Shown: positions 10,910 through 20,732 of the stretch, in pieces
How positions within the stretch are numbered: position 1 is the stretch's first letter
Layout: each line of letters starts with the position of its first letter
NCBI GenBank assembly: GCA_964645485.1
Contig: CAZXZO010000007.1
Location: 12,609-76,608, forward strand
Reading direction: 5' to 3'
From: an uncultured Candidatus Poseidoniales archaeon
GTDB lineage: Archaea > Thermoplasmatota > Poseidoniia > Poseidoniales > Thalassarchaeaceae
DNA: 64,000 nucleotides
Made by a program: the position numbers and the translations under genes
The notes under the pieces: model-generated
Database searches by the model: none
Told to the model about the DNA's origin: nothing
Seen by the model: the letters and a program-made list of their open reading frames with translations, nothing else

Positions 10910-12634
10910 TCAGAAAACCGATTGAAGAGAACCGCTTTGTAGATGGTGAATTAAATCATCTATTGATATTCTAATTTGAGATTGGTCATCACGTCTACGA
11001 ACTGTAACTGTGCCATCATCCAGTGATTCATAGTCAACAGTGATGGCCCAAGGCACACCAATTTCATCGGCTCTAGCATACCTTCTACCAATTGATTTGG
11101 TGCCGTCATAATAAACACCAATTCCTTTGATATCAAGAAGATTTGATTGCAATTCTTTGGCAATTTCTGTCATTCCATCTTTCTCGAATAGTGGTAAGAC
11201 AACTACTTCGTAAGGCGCAACCGATTCTGACAGGTGTAAAATGAGATACTCTTCTCCTTCTTTGCTCGTCATCTCATAACCATGGTCAAGTAGATGCCAA
11301 ATGATGCGGTCTAGGCCAAATGCAGGTTCAACCACATGAGGTAGGAACCATTCCCCCCGAATCGTCTCTTGAATTCTCACTACCTTAACCATAGAATCAT
11401 CAATATTGACAACATTTCCATCCTTCAGAGTCAATTCAAAAGGAAATGTTGTGGGAATTATCTCAAGTTCTGACAACGCTTCTGTTACTTGGCCAGCTTG
11501 TTGTTTGAAAGCAGGACCGACAACTGAGCCAATAGCAGAAACCACTTCCTTATCAATTTCTATTGGCTGATCAAATTCTCGCCATGCTCTCAACTCTTTA
11601 GTGCCAGTTGCTTCTTCATGTGCTGCCAAATCATAGCAACCGCGATGAGCGATTCCGACACATTCAATCCAGCCATAGGAACCGTTCATTTCTAAGTCCC
11701 AACAATCAGAAGCGTAATGTGCCATTTCATCAGATTCATGTTGTCTAAATCTTATTTTGGAGGGGTCTGCTCCAATACTTGTTAGGAAATCATATGTTTC
11801 TGCCATGAACATCGCCACGGTTGCGTGGCGAACGATGTTCTTTGCCAATGCTGTTCCTATGTCCATGTTTTTTGTTTCTTGTTCACCATCTCGGGGGTCA
11901 GGAATCAATTGGAAATCGACACCATCCCATTTAGAGAGGTCATGATGTGCCTCAACATTTGGGTCAATGAAATATTCTAATTCAGCCATATTGAATTCTC
12001 TTTGGCGAATCATACCTTGGCGAGGGCTTATTTCATTCCTGTATCCTTTACCCACTTGGATTGCTCCGAACGGAAGGCGATTCCTGAAATGGCGCTGAAT
12101 CATTGGGAATGTGAGGAACATTCCCTGAGCAGTTTCTGGCCGCATATAGGCCTGTCTTCCACCTCTTGTTGCTCCAATTTTGGTACTAAACATGAGGTTC
12201 ATTGGGCGCGAGTCTGCCCAATCCTCTTGGTTACAAGATGGGCAGGTGACATTATTGGCTGCGAGGATTGAATCTAAATCAGCCCCTGAAAGAGATTCTG
12301 GATTTTGATGATATTCTTCAACTAAATGGTCACTTCGAAAAATCCCATTGCAGGAATTACATTCTGATGCATGGTCATTGAAGGCAGACACATGTCCACT
12401 TGCTTGTAGAACAGATTCAGGAGTTATAGTCGGGCTATCAATTTCAACAATATTCCCTTTGGACAACCAGTGTTCGCGCCATTGTTGTTGCACATTTCGC
12501 AATAACCTGCCTCCCACAGGTCCATAATCAAACAAACCTGTGATACCGCCATAGAGTGAAAAAGCAGGGAAGATCATTCCTCTTCGTTTCAACATCGACA
12601 TCAAGGAGTTAACTCGCTCGCTGTCCCCGGTCAC
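10910..12634 (-). CDS. glyS: Glycine--tRNA ligase (archaeal/eukaryal alpha2 type)
   Basis: LFDYGP, RPETAQG, YRNEISPRQG, EPAFGLDR and an anticodon domain (IGRRYARADEIG). Confidence 0.97.
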   Translation of the reverse strand: MTGDSERVNSLMSMLKRRGMIFPAFSLYGGITGLFDYGPVGGRLLRNVQQQWREHWLSKGNIVEIDSPTITPESVLQASGHVSAFNDHASECNSCNGIFRSDHLVEEYHQNPESLSGADLDSILAANNVTCPSCNQEDWADSRPMNLMFSTKIGATRGGRQAYMRPETAQGMFLTFPMIQRHFRNRLPFGAIQVGKGYRNEISPRQGMIRQREFNMAELEYFIDPNVEAHHDLSKWDGVDFQLIPDPRDGEQETKNMDIGTALAKNIVRHATVAMFMAETYDFLTSIGADPSKIRFRQHESDEMAHYASDCWDLEMNGSYGWIECVGIAHRGCYDLAAHEEATGTKELRAWREFDQPIEIDKEVVSAIGSVVGPAFKQQAGQVTEALSELEIIPTTFPFELTLKDGNVVNIDDSMVKVVRIQETIRGEWFLPHVVEPAFGLDRIIWHLLDHGYEMTSKEGEEYLILHLSESVAPYEVVVLPLFEKDGMTEIAKELQSNLLDIKGIGVYYDGTKSIGRRYARADEIGVPWAITVDYESLDDGTVTVRRRDDQSQIRISIDDLIHHLQSGSLQSVF

Positions 12635-12723
12635 GCCTTCACCTAAGGGTCGCTCGGATGGAGAAGGGTTCTCAATGCTTCGCTATGAATAGACTCAAAA
12701 ATGCTAACTCTTTAGGTTATTTC

Positions 12724-13035
12724 ATGGGGCAAGCGATGGTTGAAATTACCAGCAAAGATTGCACCGGTTGTGACCTTTGTATTACCCACTGTCCTTTTGA
12801 GGCACTTTTGCCTCTTGCTGAATGTCCGCCAGAACACAAAAAGAGACCAGTTATTGTGCTCAATGAGAATTGTGTTGGTTGTCTAAGTTGTATTGGTTCT
12901 TGCCCAACCAATGCTCTGCATGAAGTTCGGGTGCCGATTATTGCTGAACACTCACCATTAATCTTCCAAGAATCACCTTCACCAAAAGTAGAGGTTTTCA
13001 ACCGTTGGGGAAAGAATGGGTCAAGATGGGCTTGA
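12724..13035 (+). CDS. 2[4Fe-4S] ferredoxin
   Basis: Two CxxCxxCxxxCP motifs (CTGCDLCITHCP, CVGCLSCIGSCP). Start at 12724 or 12736 rather than 12658. Confidence 0.88.
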   Translation: MGQAMVEITSKDCTGCDLCITHCPFEALLPLAECPPEHKKRPVIVLNENCVGCLSCIGSCPTNALHEVRVPIIAEHSPLIFQESPSPKVEVFNRWGKNGSRWA

Positions 13036-13139
13036 AATAAGCCATCAGCGTGCATAAAATCCTAATATTCTCCTTTTAATCCGAATTATTGATATAATGG
13101 TTCGTTGCGCTCTCGCATTACGAATAGGTTGGAGAATAT

Positions 13140-16100
13140 ATGGCTGAGATAGTATACTTGGATTCATACGAAGAATCTGAGGTGATTTTTAGTCAATTGT
13201 CCCAACCAGTGCGGGATTGGTTTAAGGATAAATTCCCCGATTTCACTGACCCACAAAAGATGGCTATTCCTTCCATTACTGCTGGGGATAACTTGTTGTT
13301 ATGCAGTCCTACAGGTAGCGGAAAAACATTGACTGCTTTTCTAGGTATTATTGATAAATTAATTCGAAAATCATTAGATGGGGCCCTTGAGAAGAAGGTA
13401 TACTGTGTTTATATTTCTCCAATTAAAGCATTAGCGAATGACATTCAGAAAAATTTGATTGAACCTTTAACCGAGATAAAATCAAGATTTCTGCCCGGTC
13501 GGTCTAAAGATATCAAAGTGGGTTTGAGAACAGGTGACACTAGTCAATCAGAACGCCAAAAAATGTTACGAAATCCTCCTCATATTCTGATTACAACCCC
13601 TGAAAGCCTCGGTCTTGCACTTGCTTCATCCAAGTTCCGGCCGTTGATGGCAGATTTGAATTGGATCATATTAGATGAGTTGCACAGCTTAGTTCCTTCC
13701 AAAAGAGGGACTCTGTTATCATTGACGATGGCACTTTTAGATTCTGTAATTACTACACCAGTGCAAAGAATTGGAATATCTGCCACCATGGAACCTTTAG
13801 ATGAAGTAGCAAGGTTTCTAGTTCCTGTTGGTGATGATACAGACGAAGTTAAAATTGCTAAAATAAGTGGGGCTAGAGAACTTGATTTAGATATCATTCT
13901 CCCACACGTAAGGTTTGGTGACCCAACTTTTGACCACAAACAAATTCTTGACGCCAACGTTGATCGGATTTTAGACCTAGTTGAAGCACATACAACAACT
14001 ATCGTGTTTGTCAACACAAGAAAAATGACTGAGGAAATTGTACAGAAACTTCGCCGCCTTGCAGGATGGGATGAAGAAGGGATAGAGGCCCATCACGGTT
14101 CAATGAACAAACAAATCCGGAAGGATGTGGAACAACGATTGAAAATGGGCGAATTAAGATGTTGTGTATCTTCATCTTCCCTAGAATTAGGTATTGATAT
14201 TGGAACTGTTGATTGTGTAATTCAACTTGGTTCTCCTGGAAGTATTGCAACGGCCCTACAACGAGTCGGAAGAGCAAGCCACCACGTAGGGGGGATACCT
14301 CGCGCAAGGTTCCTACCAACTGGGCCACACGATTTAGTCGAGTTAGTCGCTCTTCAAGGAGCGATAATGAGCGGTGAAATGGATTTGTTAAGATTCCCGG
14401 AAAATGCACTTGATGTGTTAGCCCAATTTATGGTTGGGTTAACTATTGTAGGGGAGCAAGATATAGACGAAGTCTTTGAATTGGTTACAACTGCGTGGCC
14501 ATATCGTTCACTTCCGTATGACGATTACATCGAAGTAATTGACATGTTAGAAGAAGAAAAGAGGTTGTGGGTAGATTGGGAGGAAAATACACTCGGAAAG
14601 AGAGGTTATTCTCAGATGATTTATTACACCAACCTTGGAACTATTTCACCGGATAATAACTACCTAGTTCTGAATACAGATGGTTCAATGATTGGGCAAT
14701 TATCTTCCTCATTCGTCTCTAGTGTGAGACCAGGTGATGTGATTCTTCTTGGTGGGACAACCTACAGAATACAGTCAATTCAGGGGTCTAGAGTGAATGT
14801 TACACCTGTAACGGGGTTCCGTCCTACCGTCCCATCTTGGTCTGGTGAAGCACTCTCGAGAAGTGCTGAACTATCTAACGCAGTGCTAAGACTGCAGAAA
14901 GGCACTATGTTGGCACTGCGCCGGCAGAGAGACCCTCGCCGGCTGTTAATGGAAGGTTACGGCCTTTCCCGGCAAATATCAGAGTCAGTTGCCCGATTCA
15001 TGGAGCAACACGTAGCGGAGTCGTTTGAAGTCCCGGGTCCAAACCGTATCATGATGGAACAAATTGTTGGCGGTGTTACAACATACATGGTGACAACATG
15101 TAGAGGGCGAGCATTCAATATGACGCTTGGCTACTTCTTTGCAGGTATCGCTTCTGCCCACGAAATCCAAGTCCATGAGATTTCTTTCGATGAAAACGGA
15201 TTTCTCATTAAGATGTCAGATGATATTGACCCCGCTGCCTTCCCAGCTGTATTCGAGGCAAATGACCACCGTAGGGTAATTGAAGGCTATTTGATGGACA
15301 CACAATTGTTTGCAAAGAGATTTCGAGAAGTTGCTGGTAGAAGTTTAATCATTCCTCGGCGCATTGGTGCTGAAGAAGTTTCACCACAACAATTCCAACA
15401 AAAAGCCGATGCTTTACTCAAAAACCATAGGGCAGCCGAAGGTTCTTTGCTGATGAAAGAAGTCTTCAATGAAATTTTCCATGCTGACCTTGATATGGTG
15501 GGATTAAATCAATTCGTTTCAGAGGTTGTTCAAGGCAGTTCTAGAATTTTACACACCAGAGTGAAGGTTCCTTCTCCAATCGGGATGAATCTTTACATGT
15601 CAGCATTTGAAGATTTACTTTCAATGAGGACTAGGGCATATTTGATCAAAGATATTGACCCTGAAATCCTAAGGCGATTACTCGGGCAGAGGGCCCTTGC
15701 TACTCAACTAGATGAGGAACAAGTCAATACTTACTATGATGATAAAGTTGCAATTCCTAAGGATGCAGATTCACTTCTAGACTTAATGGAAATGGGTGGA
15801 GGATTAGATAAGAATCATGAAAATCCACTCTACAGAGAAAAATTGGATGGCATCAAAAAAGAAGATATCAGAACTTGGATCCGACAACTCATCAAGGAGG
15901 AGCAAATTGTTAGAGTTTCAAATACAGGTCATGATGGGATTGACAATAAATGGTTCTCAAAAAGAATGGGAGACATACATGGGACACTTGGTGTCCTATC
16001 ATCAAATAATGCCGAAGAATTTGATGACCTTCGCCAGTTCTATCTTGGTGGAATGACCTATGATACCAGCACTAAATACAAAGACACGGAAGCAATTGAG

Positions 16101-18434
16101 TGGGAGCCAACCCCGCTGTCTGACCCACATGAGTGCCTTCGGGTAAAATTGGTTGACTTACTAGGCAGCGAAGGACCTCAAACATTAGAAGTACTAGTCG
16201 ACAGATTGCCCTTCCCTAAGGAAATGATAGAGAACATATTGCATGAGTTAGAAGTTCGCAACATAGTCACCATTGGATTCTATAGACAAACGGAAGAAGG
16301 TGAATTTATCTTAAGGGTAGATGAACACTATCTGACTGGTGGAGAGGAAGAAGTCATCGCTTATCGCAACCTGCAAAATTTACTGTTAACGAAATCTTTC
16401 AAATTACATGATGACCCATTAGGTGCACTTTCTTCCCACGTAATGATTCAAAAAATGCATGAATTATTAGACCGCGTGAAGGATTTCCGCTTCGCTGATT
16501 GGAAGGATATGAAACATGATTCAGATGTTTTGATGGGCCGTTTACTACACAATCGAATTGGATACACCAAAAAGGACCAAATGGGTTTACTTCTAGGCTT
16601 GAGACCAGAACCATGGATTGGTGATATGGAAGCCAAATTAATGACCAAAGTTCCGGCTGGAGAAAATGTAACAAGACAACAAATATTGATCGATATTCCT
16701 CGTGATGATGAATCTAAACATTTGATGAATCGGGCAAAATATGCTCTAAATAATATGGAACGTCAACTACTTTATGTCAAACAATATGAAGAGTTGCCAG
16801 AGAGAAAACGCAGTCTTTCCCTATTTCACCGGGTTCACGAAGTGTATCATCCATTACCTTTTGACGATGCATTAGTTGAGTTAATTAACAGAATAGGGCC
16901 GGTAAAAAGATACACTCTTGGCTGGTATATCAGTAGATCTGGCGATGAACTAGAAGATACCTTGAAATTGCTTTTAGAGCAAGGTAGAATCACTAAAGTT
17001 TCAGCGCTACAACCAGGTTTAACAGATTTCTATTGTATCCCATCTGATGTATCAGAAGTCAAAAAACGTATCCGCGAAGATAGGCAGATGCGAATCTTAA
17101 CCCAATCAGATCCTTTCTGTTCACGCTTCATTCAAGAAGTAAGATATGTACTGAAACAAGGTTGGTATTATCCTGTATTCAAAGGTGTAGACCCGGTTGG
17201 AAGGATATTGATGTACAAAGTAAATGATTACCTTGAAATCAAAGATATACACATTCCACATGCATACTTAGATGAATTTGTCGAGCAGTTTGAACGCCTC
17301 TTAGAAAATTATAGAGATACCCTAGTAGAAATTTCAGTATTAACTAATTTCAATGGTGAAAATATATCCGAGGCCAGACCAGAAACCATTGACGCGTTCA
17401 CTAGAATTGGATTTCAAGCGATTGGTGACGGGCGGAGGATGATTCGTGGCGGTGTTATGGACCCACGACCAGTCAAAGAATCTGTGAGAGTATTATTCTA
17501 TAATCATAAAATGCATCAAGACTCAAGAAGTGAAAATGAAACCATTGCTGTAAAAGACCTGATGGAAATTAGAGATGATTTCGCATTAAGAGGACGCAGT
17601 GAAGCGTATCGAGTTAACCTTTCTTCAATGGCTAGTGCTAACCAATTGCACCAGGGGACCAATTTAACCGGGCATAGAGTGTATGCTCCATATTCACATT
17701 TCCAGAAGTTGCTGACAATTCGAAATTTACCTCCTGATGAAGAATTATTAGATGTCTTGGAATTCTTCACTGATAATTCAGACCCTCAATTATTCATGGA
17801 TAGACATGCGTTACGGCGCTCGGAGTTCCGCAAACTCGCTCAACCACTAATTCGCTCAGGTCACTTAGTTCAAGACTACAGAGGAGGGTTCCGTACAGTT
17901 CATCCAACTATTATCACCGACCACTGGCAATTCAAACAAGATTATCTCATTGAATTGATAAAAGAAATTCCAGTTATCACCATGAAACAATGTGAAAAAA
18001 TGGCAGGCAAGCCATACAAACCTGAAGAAATCATGACGGTTCTTCAATATCTTGTGGATGAAGGACAACTAATCAAAGGATTCCTGTTAGAAGATTTGAA
18101 TCAAGTTTGTTGGGGTCGGAAAAAGATGCTTGAAAGTTCATCTGTAGTTCCCGTAATGCGGGATTTCGTTTTACCTCCGTCCGACCCTCTAGCACCATAC
18201 TTTGCCTCTTTGTTGAGAGAAAGATTCGGATTTGGTTCTGCCTATTTGGTATTCCACAATGAGGAACCAATTGCTGCATTCAAGGCAAATACAAGAGAGA
18301 ATATCATCGATGTCAAAGACATTGTTGCTGACCCGAAGTTGGAAAAGCAAGCATTGAGAGTTATGAAAGAATTCGCTTGGGAACATAGTATGCCTTTACG
18401 TGGTAAGGTTCTTGAAAAACTCAAGAAGCGTTAG
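13140..18434 (+). CDS. lhr: Lhr-family SF2 helicase with very long C-terminal extension (1764 aa)
   Basis: SPTGSGKT, PIKALANDI, ITTPESL, DELH, HHGS, LQRVGRASH and the YYTNLGTI winged-helix signature, followed by about 900 extra residues. Confidence 0.92.
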   Translation: MAEIVYLDSYEESEVIFSQLSQPVRDWFKDKFPDFTDPQKMAIPSITAGDNLLLCSPTGSGKTLTAFLGIIDKLIRKSLDGALEKKVYCVYISPIKALANDIQKNLIEPLTEIKSRFLPGRSKDIKVGLRTGDTSQSERQKMLRNPPHILITTPESLGLALASSKFRPLMADLNWIILDELHSLVPSKRGTLLSLTMALLDSVITTPVQRIGISATMEPLDEVARFLVPVGDDTDEVKIAKISGARELDLDIILPHVRFGDPTFDHKQILDANVDRILDLVEAHTTTIVFVNTRKMTEEIVQKLRRLAGWDEEGIEAHHGSMNKQIRKDVEQRLKMGELRCCVSSSSLELGIDIGTVDCVIQLGSPGSIATALQRVGRASHHVGGIPRARFLPTGPHDLVELVALQGAIMSGEMDLLRFPENALDVLAQFMVGLTIVGEQDIDEVFELVTTAWPYRSLPYDDYIEVIDMLEEEKRLWVDWEENTLGKRGYSQMIYYTNLGTISPDNNYLVLNTDGSMIGQLSSSFVSSVRPGDVILLGGTTYRIQSIQGSRVNVTPVTGFRPTVPSWSGEALSRSAELSNAVLRLQKGTMLALRRQRDPRRLLMEGYGLSRQISESVARFMEQHVAESFEVPGPNRIMMEQIVGGVTTYMVTTCRGRAFNMTLGYFFAGIASAHEIQVHEISFDENGFLIKMSDDIDPAAFPAVFEANDHRRVIEGYLMDTQLFAKRFREVAGRSLIIPRRIGAEEVSPQQFQQKADALLKNHRAAEGSLLMKEVFNEIFHADLDMVGLNQFVSEVVQGSSRILHTRVKVPSPIGMNLYMSAFEDLLSMRTRAYLIKDIDPEILRRLLGQRALATQLDEEQVNTYYDDKVAIPKDADSLLDLMEMGGGLDKNHENPLYREKLDGIKKEDIRTWIRQLIKEEQIVRVSNTGHDGIDNKWFSKRMGDIHGTLGVLSSNNAEEFDDLRQFYLGGMTYDTSTKYKDTEAIEWEPTPLSDPHECLRVKLVDLLGSEGPQTLEVLVDRLPFPKEMIENILHELEVRNIVTIGFYRQTEEGEFILRVDEHYLTGGEEEVIAYRNLQNLLLTKSFKLHDDPLGALSSHVMIQKMHELLDRVKDFRFADWKDMKHDSDVLMGRLLHNRIGYTKKDQMGLLLGLRPEPWIGDMEAKLMTKVPAGENVTRQQILIDIPRDDESKHLMNRAKYALNNMERQLLYVKQYEELPERKRSLSLFHRVHEVYHPLPFDDALVELINRIGPVKRYTLGWYISRSGDELEDTLKLLLEQGRITKVSALQPGLTDFYCIPSDVSEVKKRIREDRQMRILTQSDPFCSRFIQEVRYVLKQGWYYPVFKGVDPVGRILMYKVNDYLEIKDIHIPHAYLDEFVEQFERLLENYRDTLVEISVLTNFNGENISEARPETIDAFTRIGFQAIGDGRRMIRGGVMDPRPVKESVRVLFYNHKMHQDSRSENETIAVKDLMEIRDDFALRGRSEAYRVNLSSMASANQLHQGTNLTGHRVYAPYSHFQKLLTIRNLPPDEELLDVLEFFTDNSDPQLFMDRHALRRSEFRKLAQPLIRSGHLVQDYRGGFRTVHPTIITDHWQFKQDYLIELIKEIPVITMKQCEKMAGKPYKPEEIMTVLQYLVDEGQLIKGFLLEDLNQVCWGRKKMLESSSVVPVMRDFVLPPSDPLAPYFASLLRERFGFGSAYLVFHNEEPIAAFKANTRENIIDVKDIVADPKLEKQALRVMKEFAWEHSMPLRGKVLEKLKKR

Positions 18435-19344
18435 ACCGTTTTTTTGGTAAAAATGGATCCATCAATCTGAGAATGTTATTGTGAAGTTCGGGTAAGATTT
18501 CAAATAGCACAATTGCCATTAAAAACATAGCAAACAAACTACCAACTTTTGCTGCATAAGAATGAGCGAAATCAAACATTCCGATTCCTAACCATTGCCA
18601 GTCTCGATATGTCATGTCAAGATAAATAATGCCAGCGTTACGAAATACATTGAGAATATGTATTAGCGGCAATGTTATGATTAAGCCACGAATTCTCAAC
18701 TTCCAGGGTGATTTTTGCAGAGCAACTAAAGCGCCAACAAATACTATCATTGATTGCAGAGCACTACACGCTAAAATTATTGAAACACCTGTTGGAGAAC
18801 CGTCTGCGTACTCAATTGGAATAAAAAATCCTCCTTCCCCAAGTGGTTCAAGGTGAAGCCAAGGGTTCCCAGTGAACTCTGAAAAAAGTGTAGTTGAGCC
18901 ATCATAGTATTCTACATGAGCAGGGCCAACCTGAAGGTCTGCAATACCCGTCATTTTCAAAAACAAAACTGCCTGAATCGCGGTGAACCAAACAAGTGCA
19001 ACTGAGAGGTAAGGAATCCACGAGATTGCTAAGTAAGGAAGTGCAGACCAAAAGACAGCACCCTTTAACCAATATAATGCAGGCTCTTCTTTACCGGCTT
19101 TTTGTGAATTATATTCCCAAACTCCTAATGCAATCCCAATTGGCAATGTTGCACCAGACATCAGGATTAACACTGGGTCTGCTAATTCTATGTAATGAGG
19201 TGTGTCAAGGAAAAAGTAAGTACAAATGGATATCCAGCCAATAGCAGAGATTGCAGCCTTGTTATCCAGCTTACTGTGGAAGGTATAACCTAAGGTTGCA
19301 ATACCCAGCAAAGCAAAAACCAACCTCGCCTCTTCGATTGCCAT
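18421..19344 (-). CDS. artA: Archaeosortase (ArtA/exosortase family)
   Basis: Multi-TM protein with the catalytic Cys (IILACSALQSM), Arg (LNVFRN) and a later His (FAHSYAAK). The exact subfamily is less certain. Confidence 0.85.
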   Translation of the reverse strand: MAIEEARLVFALLGIATLGYTFHSKLDNKAAISAIGWISICTYFFLDTPHYIELADPVLILMSGATLPIGIALGVWEYNSQKAGKEEPALYWLKGAVFWSALPYLAISWIPYLSVALVWFTAIQAVLFLKMTGIADLQVGPAHVEYYDGSTTLFSEFTGNPWLHLEPLGEGGFFIPIEYADGSPTGVSIILACSALQSMIVFVGALVALQKSPWKLRIRGLIITLPLIHILNVFRNAGIIYLDMTYRDWQWLGIGMFDFAHSYAAKVGSLFAMFLMAIVLFEILPELHNNILRLMDPFLPKKRSNAS

Positions 19345-19450
19345 TTTTGTTCCCCCCCCCTGTTTTGTCGCGGTTAAAGCCGCCTCTTTGTATTGTCGTG
19401 GTTCAACAAGTCGTAAATAGGCTGTCTGTCAGCGATTGTTCAGTGGTGAC

Positions 19451-20035
19451 ATGGAGAACGTCGACTTCAGAGAATTTTTAGAGGTGTATAAAGGCGATTT
19501 AGTCTCAGCGATTAACTCCCTTAATCAAGCCGATTTGAATCAATTGACCAACGAAATCCTTTCCGTGATGGATAATGACGGCACAGTACATTTCATTGGA
19601 AATGGTGGTTCGGCTGCAACTCCATCCCACTCAGCAGGGGATTGGAGTAAAGAATTAGGACTCAAAACAATTTGTCACACAGATAATACCGCCTCATTAA
19701 CCGCTTGGGCTAATGATACTGGATATGGCAACATCTTCGCAGGTGCTCTTGGAACTTGGGCAAAAGTGGGAGATTTAGTTGTGGGATACAGTGGGTCGGG
19801 AAATTCTGAGAATGTATTGAATGGAATGGTCAAAGCCAAGGAAATTGGCTGTAGGACTGCTGCAATCACAGGAAATTACAAAGATGGTGGGGGAGGGAAA
19901 TTAGCAACAATGGTAGATGTTGCGATAATTTGTGAAACTACGTCTATGGAAAGAATAGAGGATTTACAACTCATTATTAACCACATGGTGAAGGAAGCCG
20001 TAAAATTAGAACGGAATCTTCCTAGTCATTCTTGA
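19451..20035 (+). CDS. gmhA: SIS-domain phosphoheptose isomerase (sedoheptulose-7-P isomerase)
   Basis: GNGGSAA..SH, SGSGNSENV and ERIEDLQLIINH. Adjacent to a gmhB-like gene. Confidence 0.8.
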   Translation: MENVDFREFLEVYKGDLVSAINSLNQADLNQLTNEILSVMDNDGTVHFIGNGGSAATPSHSAGDWSKELGLKTICHTDNTASLTAWANDTGYGNIFAGALGTWAKVGDLVVGYSGSGNSENVLNGMVKAKEIGCRTAAITGNYKDGGGGKLATMVDVAIICETTSMERIEDLQLIINHMVKEAVKLERNLPSHS

Positions 20036-20047
20036 GGTGAGTATTTC

Positions 20048-20692
20048 ATGTTACCATCACGTCATCAGTATGGTATCACTGACTTAGTCAAATTTCCACC
20101 TTTACCTAACAACCAAACTTGGGCGGGTGAAATTGCATACCTAGACCGAGACGGAGTTCTAAACATAGGCAGTGAGGATTACATCAATTCAGTTGATGAA
20201 TTAGAGGTTTTAGCCGGGGCTGCTTCTGCAGTTGCACGAATAAGACAGGCAGGATTTAGAGTGTGTATTGTGACCAATCAATCTCCTATAGGAAGGAGGT
20301 TGTGGGGTCATGAAAGACTTGGAGAGGTTAATTCAGAACTACAAACACGGCTTTTAGAAGAAAACGAGGATGCACATCTCGATGTTATTCTTTACAGTCC
20401 ATATGTTCCTTGGAGTAATGCTTGGGCTAGGAAAGGAAATCCTGGAATGTTACAGGTTGGACGGCAAATTATTGATGCCACTGAAAACGAAGCAGTAATC
20501 TCAGAATTTGATTATGGGGTTGATTATGTTGCTAGGGAAGAAGGTAATTCATTCATGGTGGGTGACAGAATGGCTGACATGAAGGCAGGATTAAATCATG
20601 GAGTGAGGACATTCCGTTGCAATCAACATATTGGGATTGCAGAGGTAGTAGAACGAGTCCTCGATTTCTCCGACATGGGCGATAGTCTCTGA
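20048..20692 (+). CDS. gmhB: HAD IIIA phosphatase, heptose-1,7-bisphosphate phosphatase-like
   Basis: LDRDGVLN, VTNQS, RK..PGML and MVGDR..D..AG motifs. Confidence 0.78.
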   Translation: MLPSRHQYGITDLVKFPPLPNNQTWAGEIAYLDRDGVLNIGSEDYINSVDELEVLAGAASAVARIRQAGFRVCIVTNQSPIGRRLWGHERLGEVNSELQTRLLEENEDAHLDVILYSPYVPWSNAWARKGNPGMLQVGRQIIDATENEAVISEFDYGVDYVAREEGNSFMVGDRMADMKAGLNHGVRTFRCNQHIGIAEVVERVLDFSDMGDSL

Positions 20693-20732
20693 AACGACGC
20701 CCTCAAGTGTTACTGCCACGCGGCCAACATCA

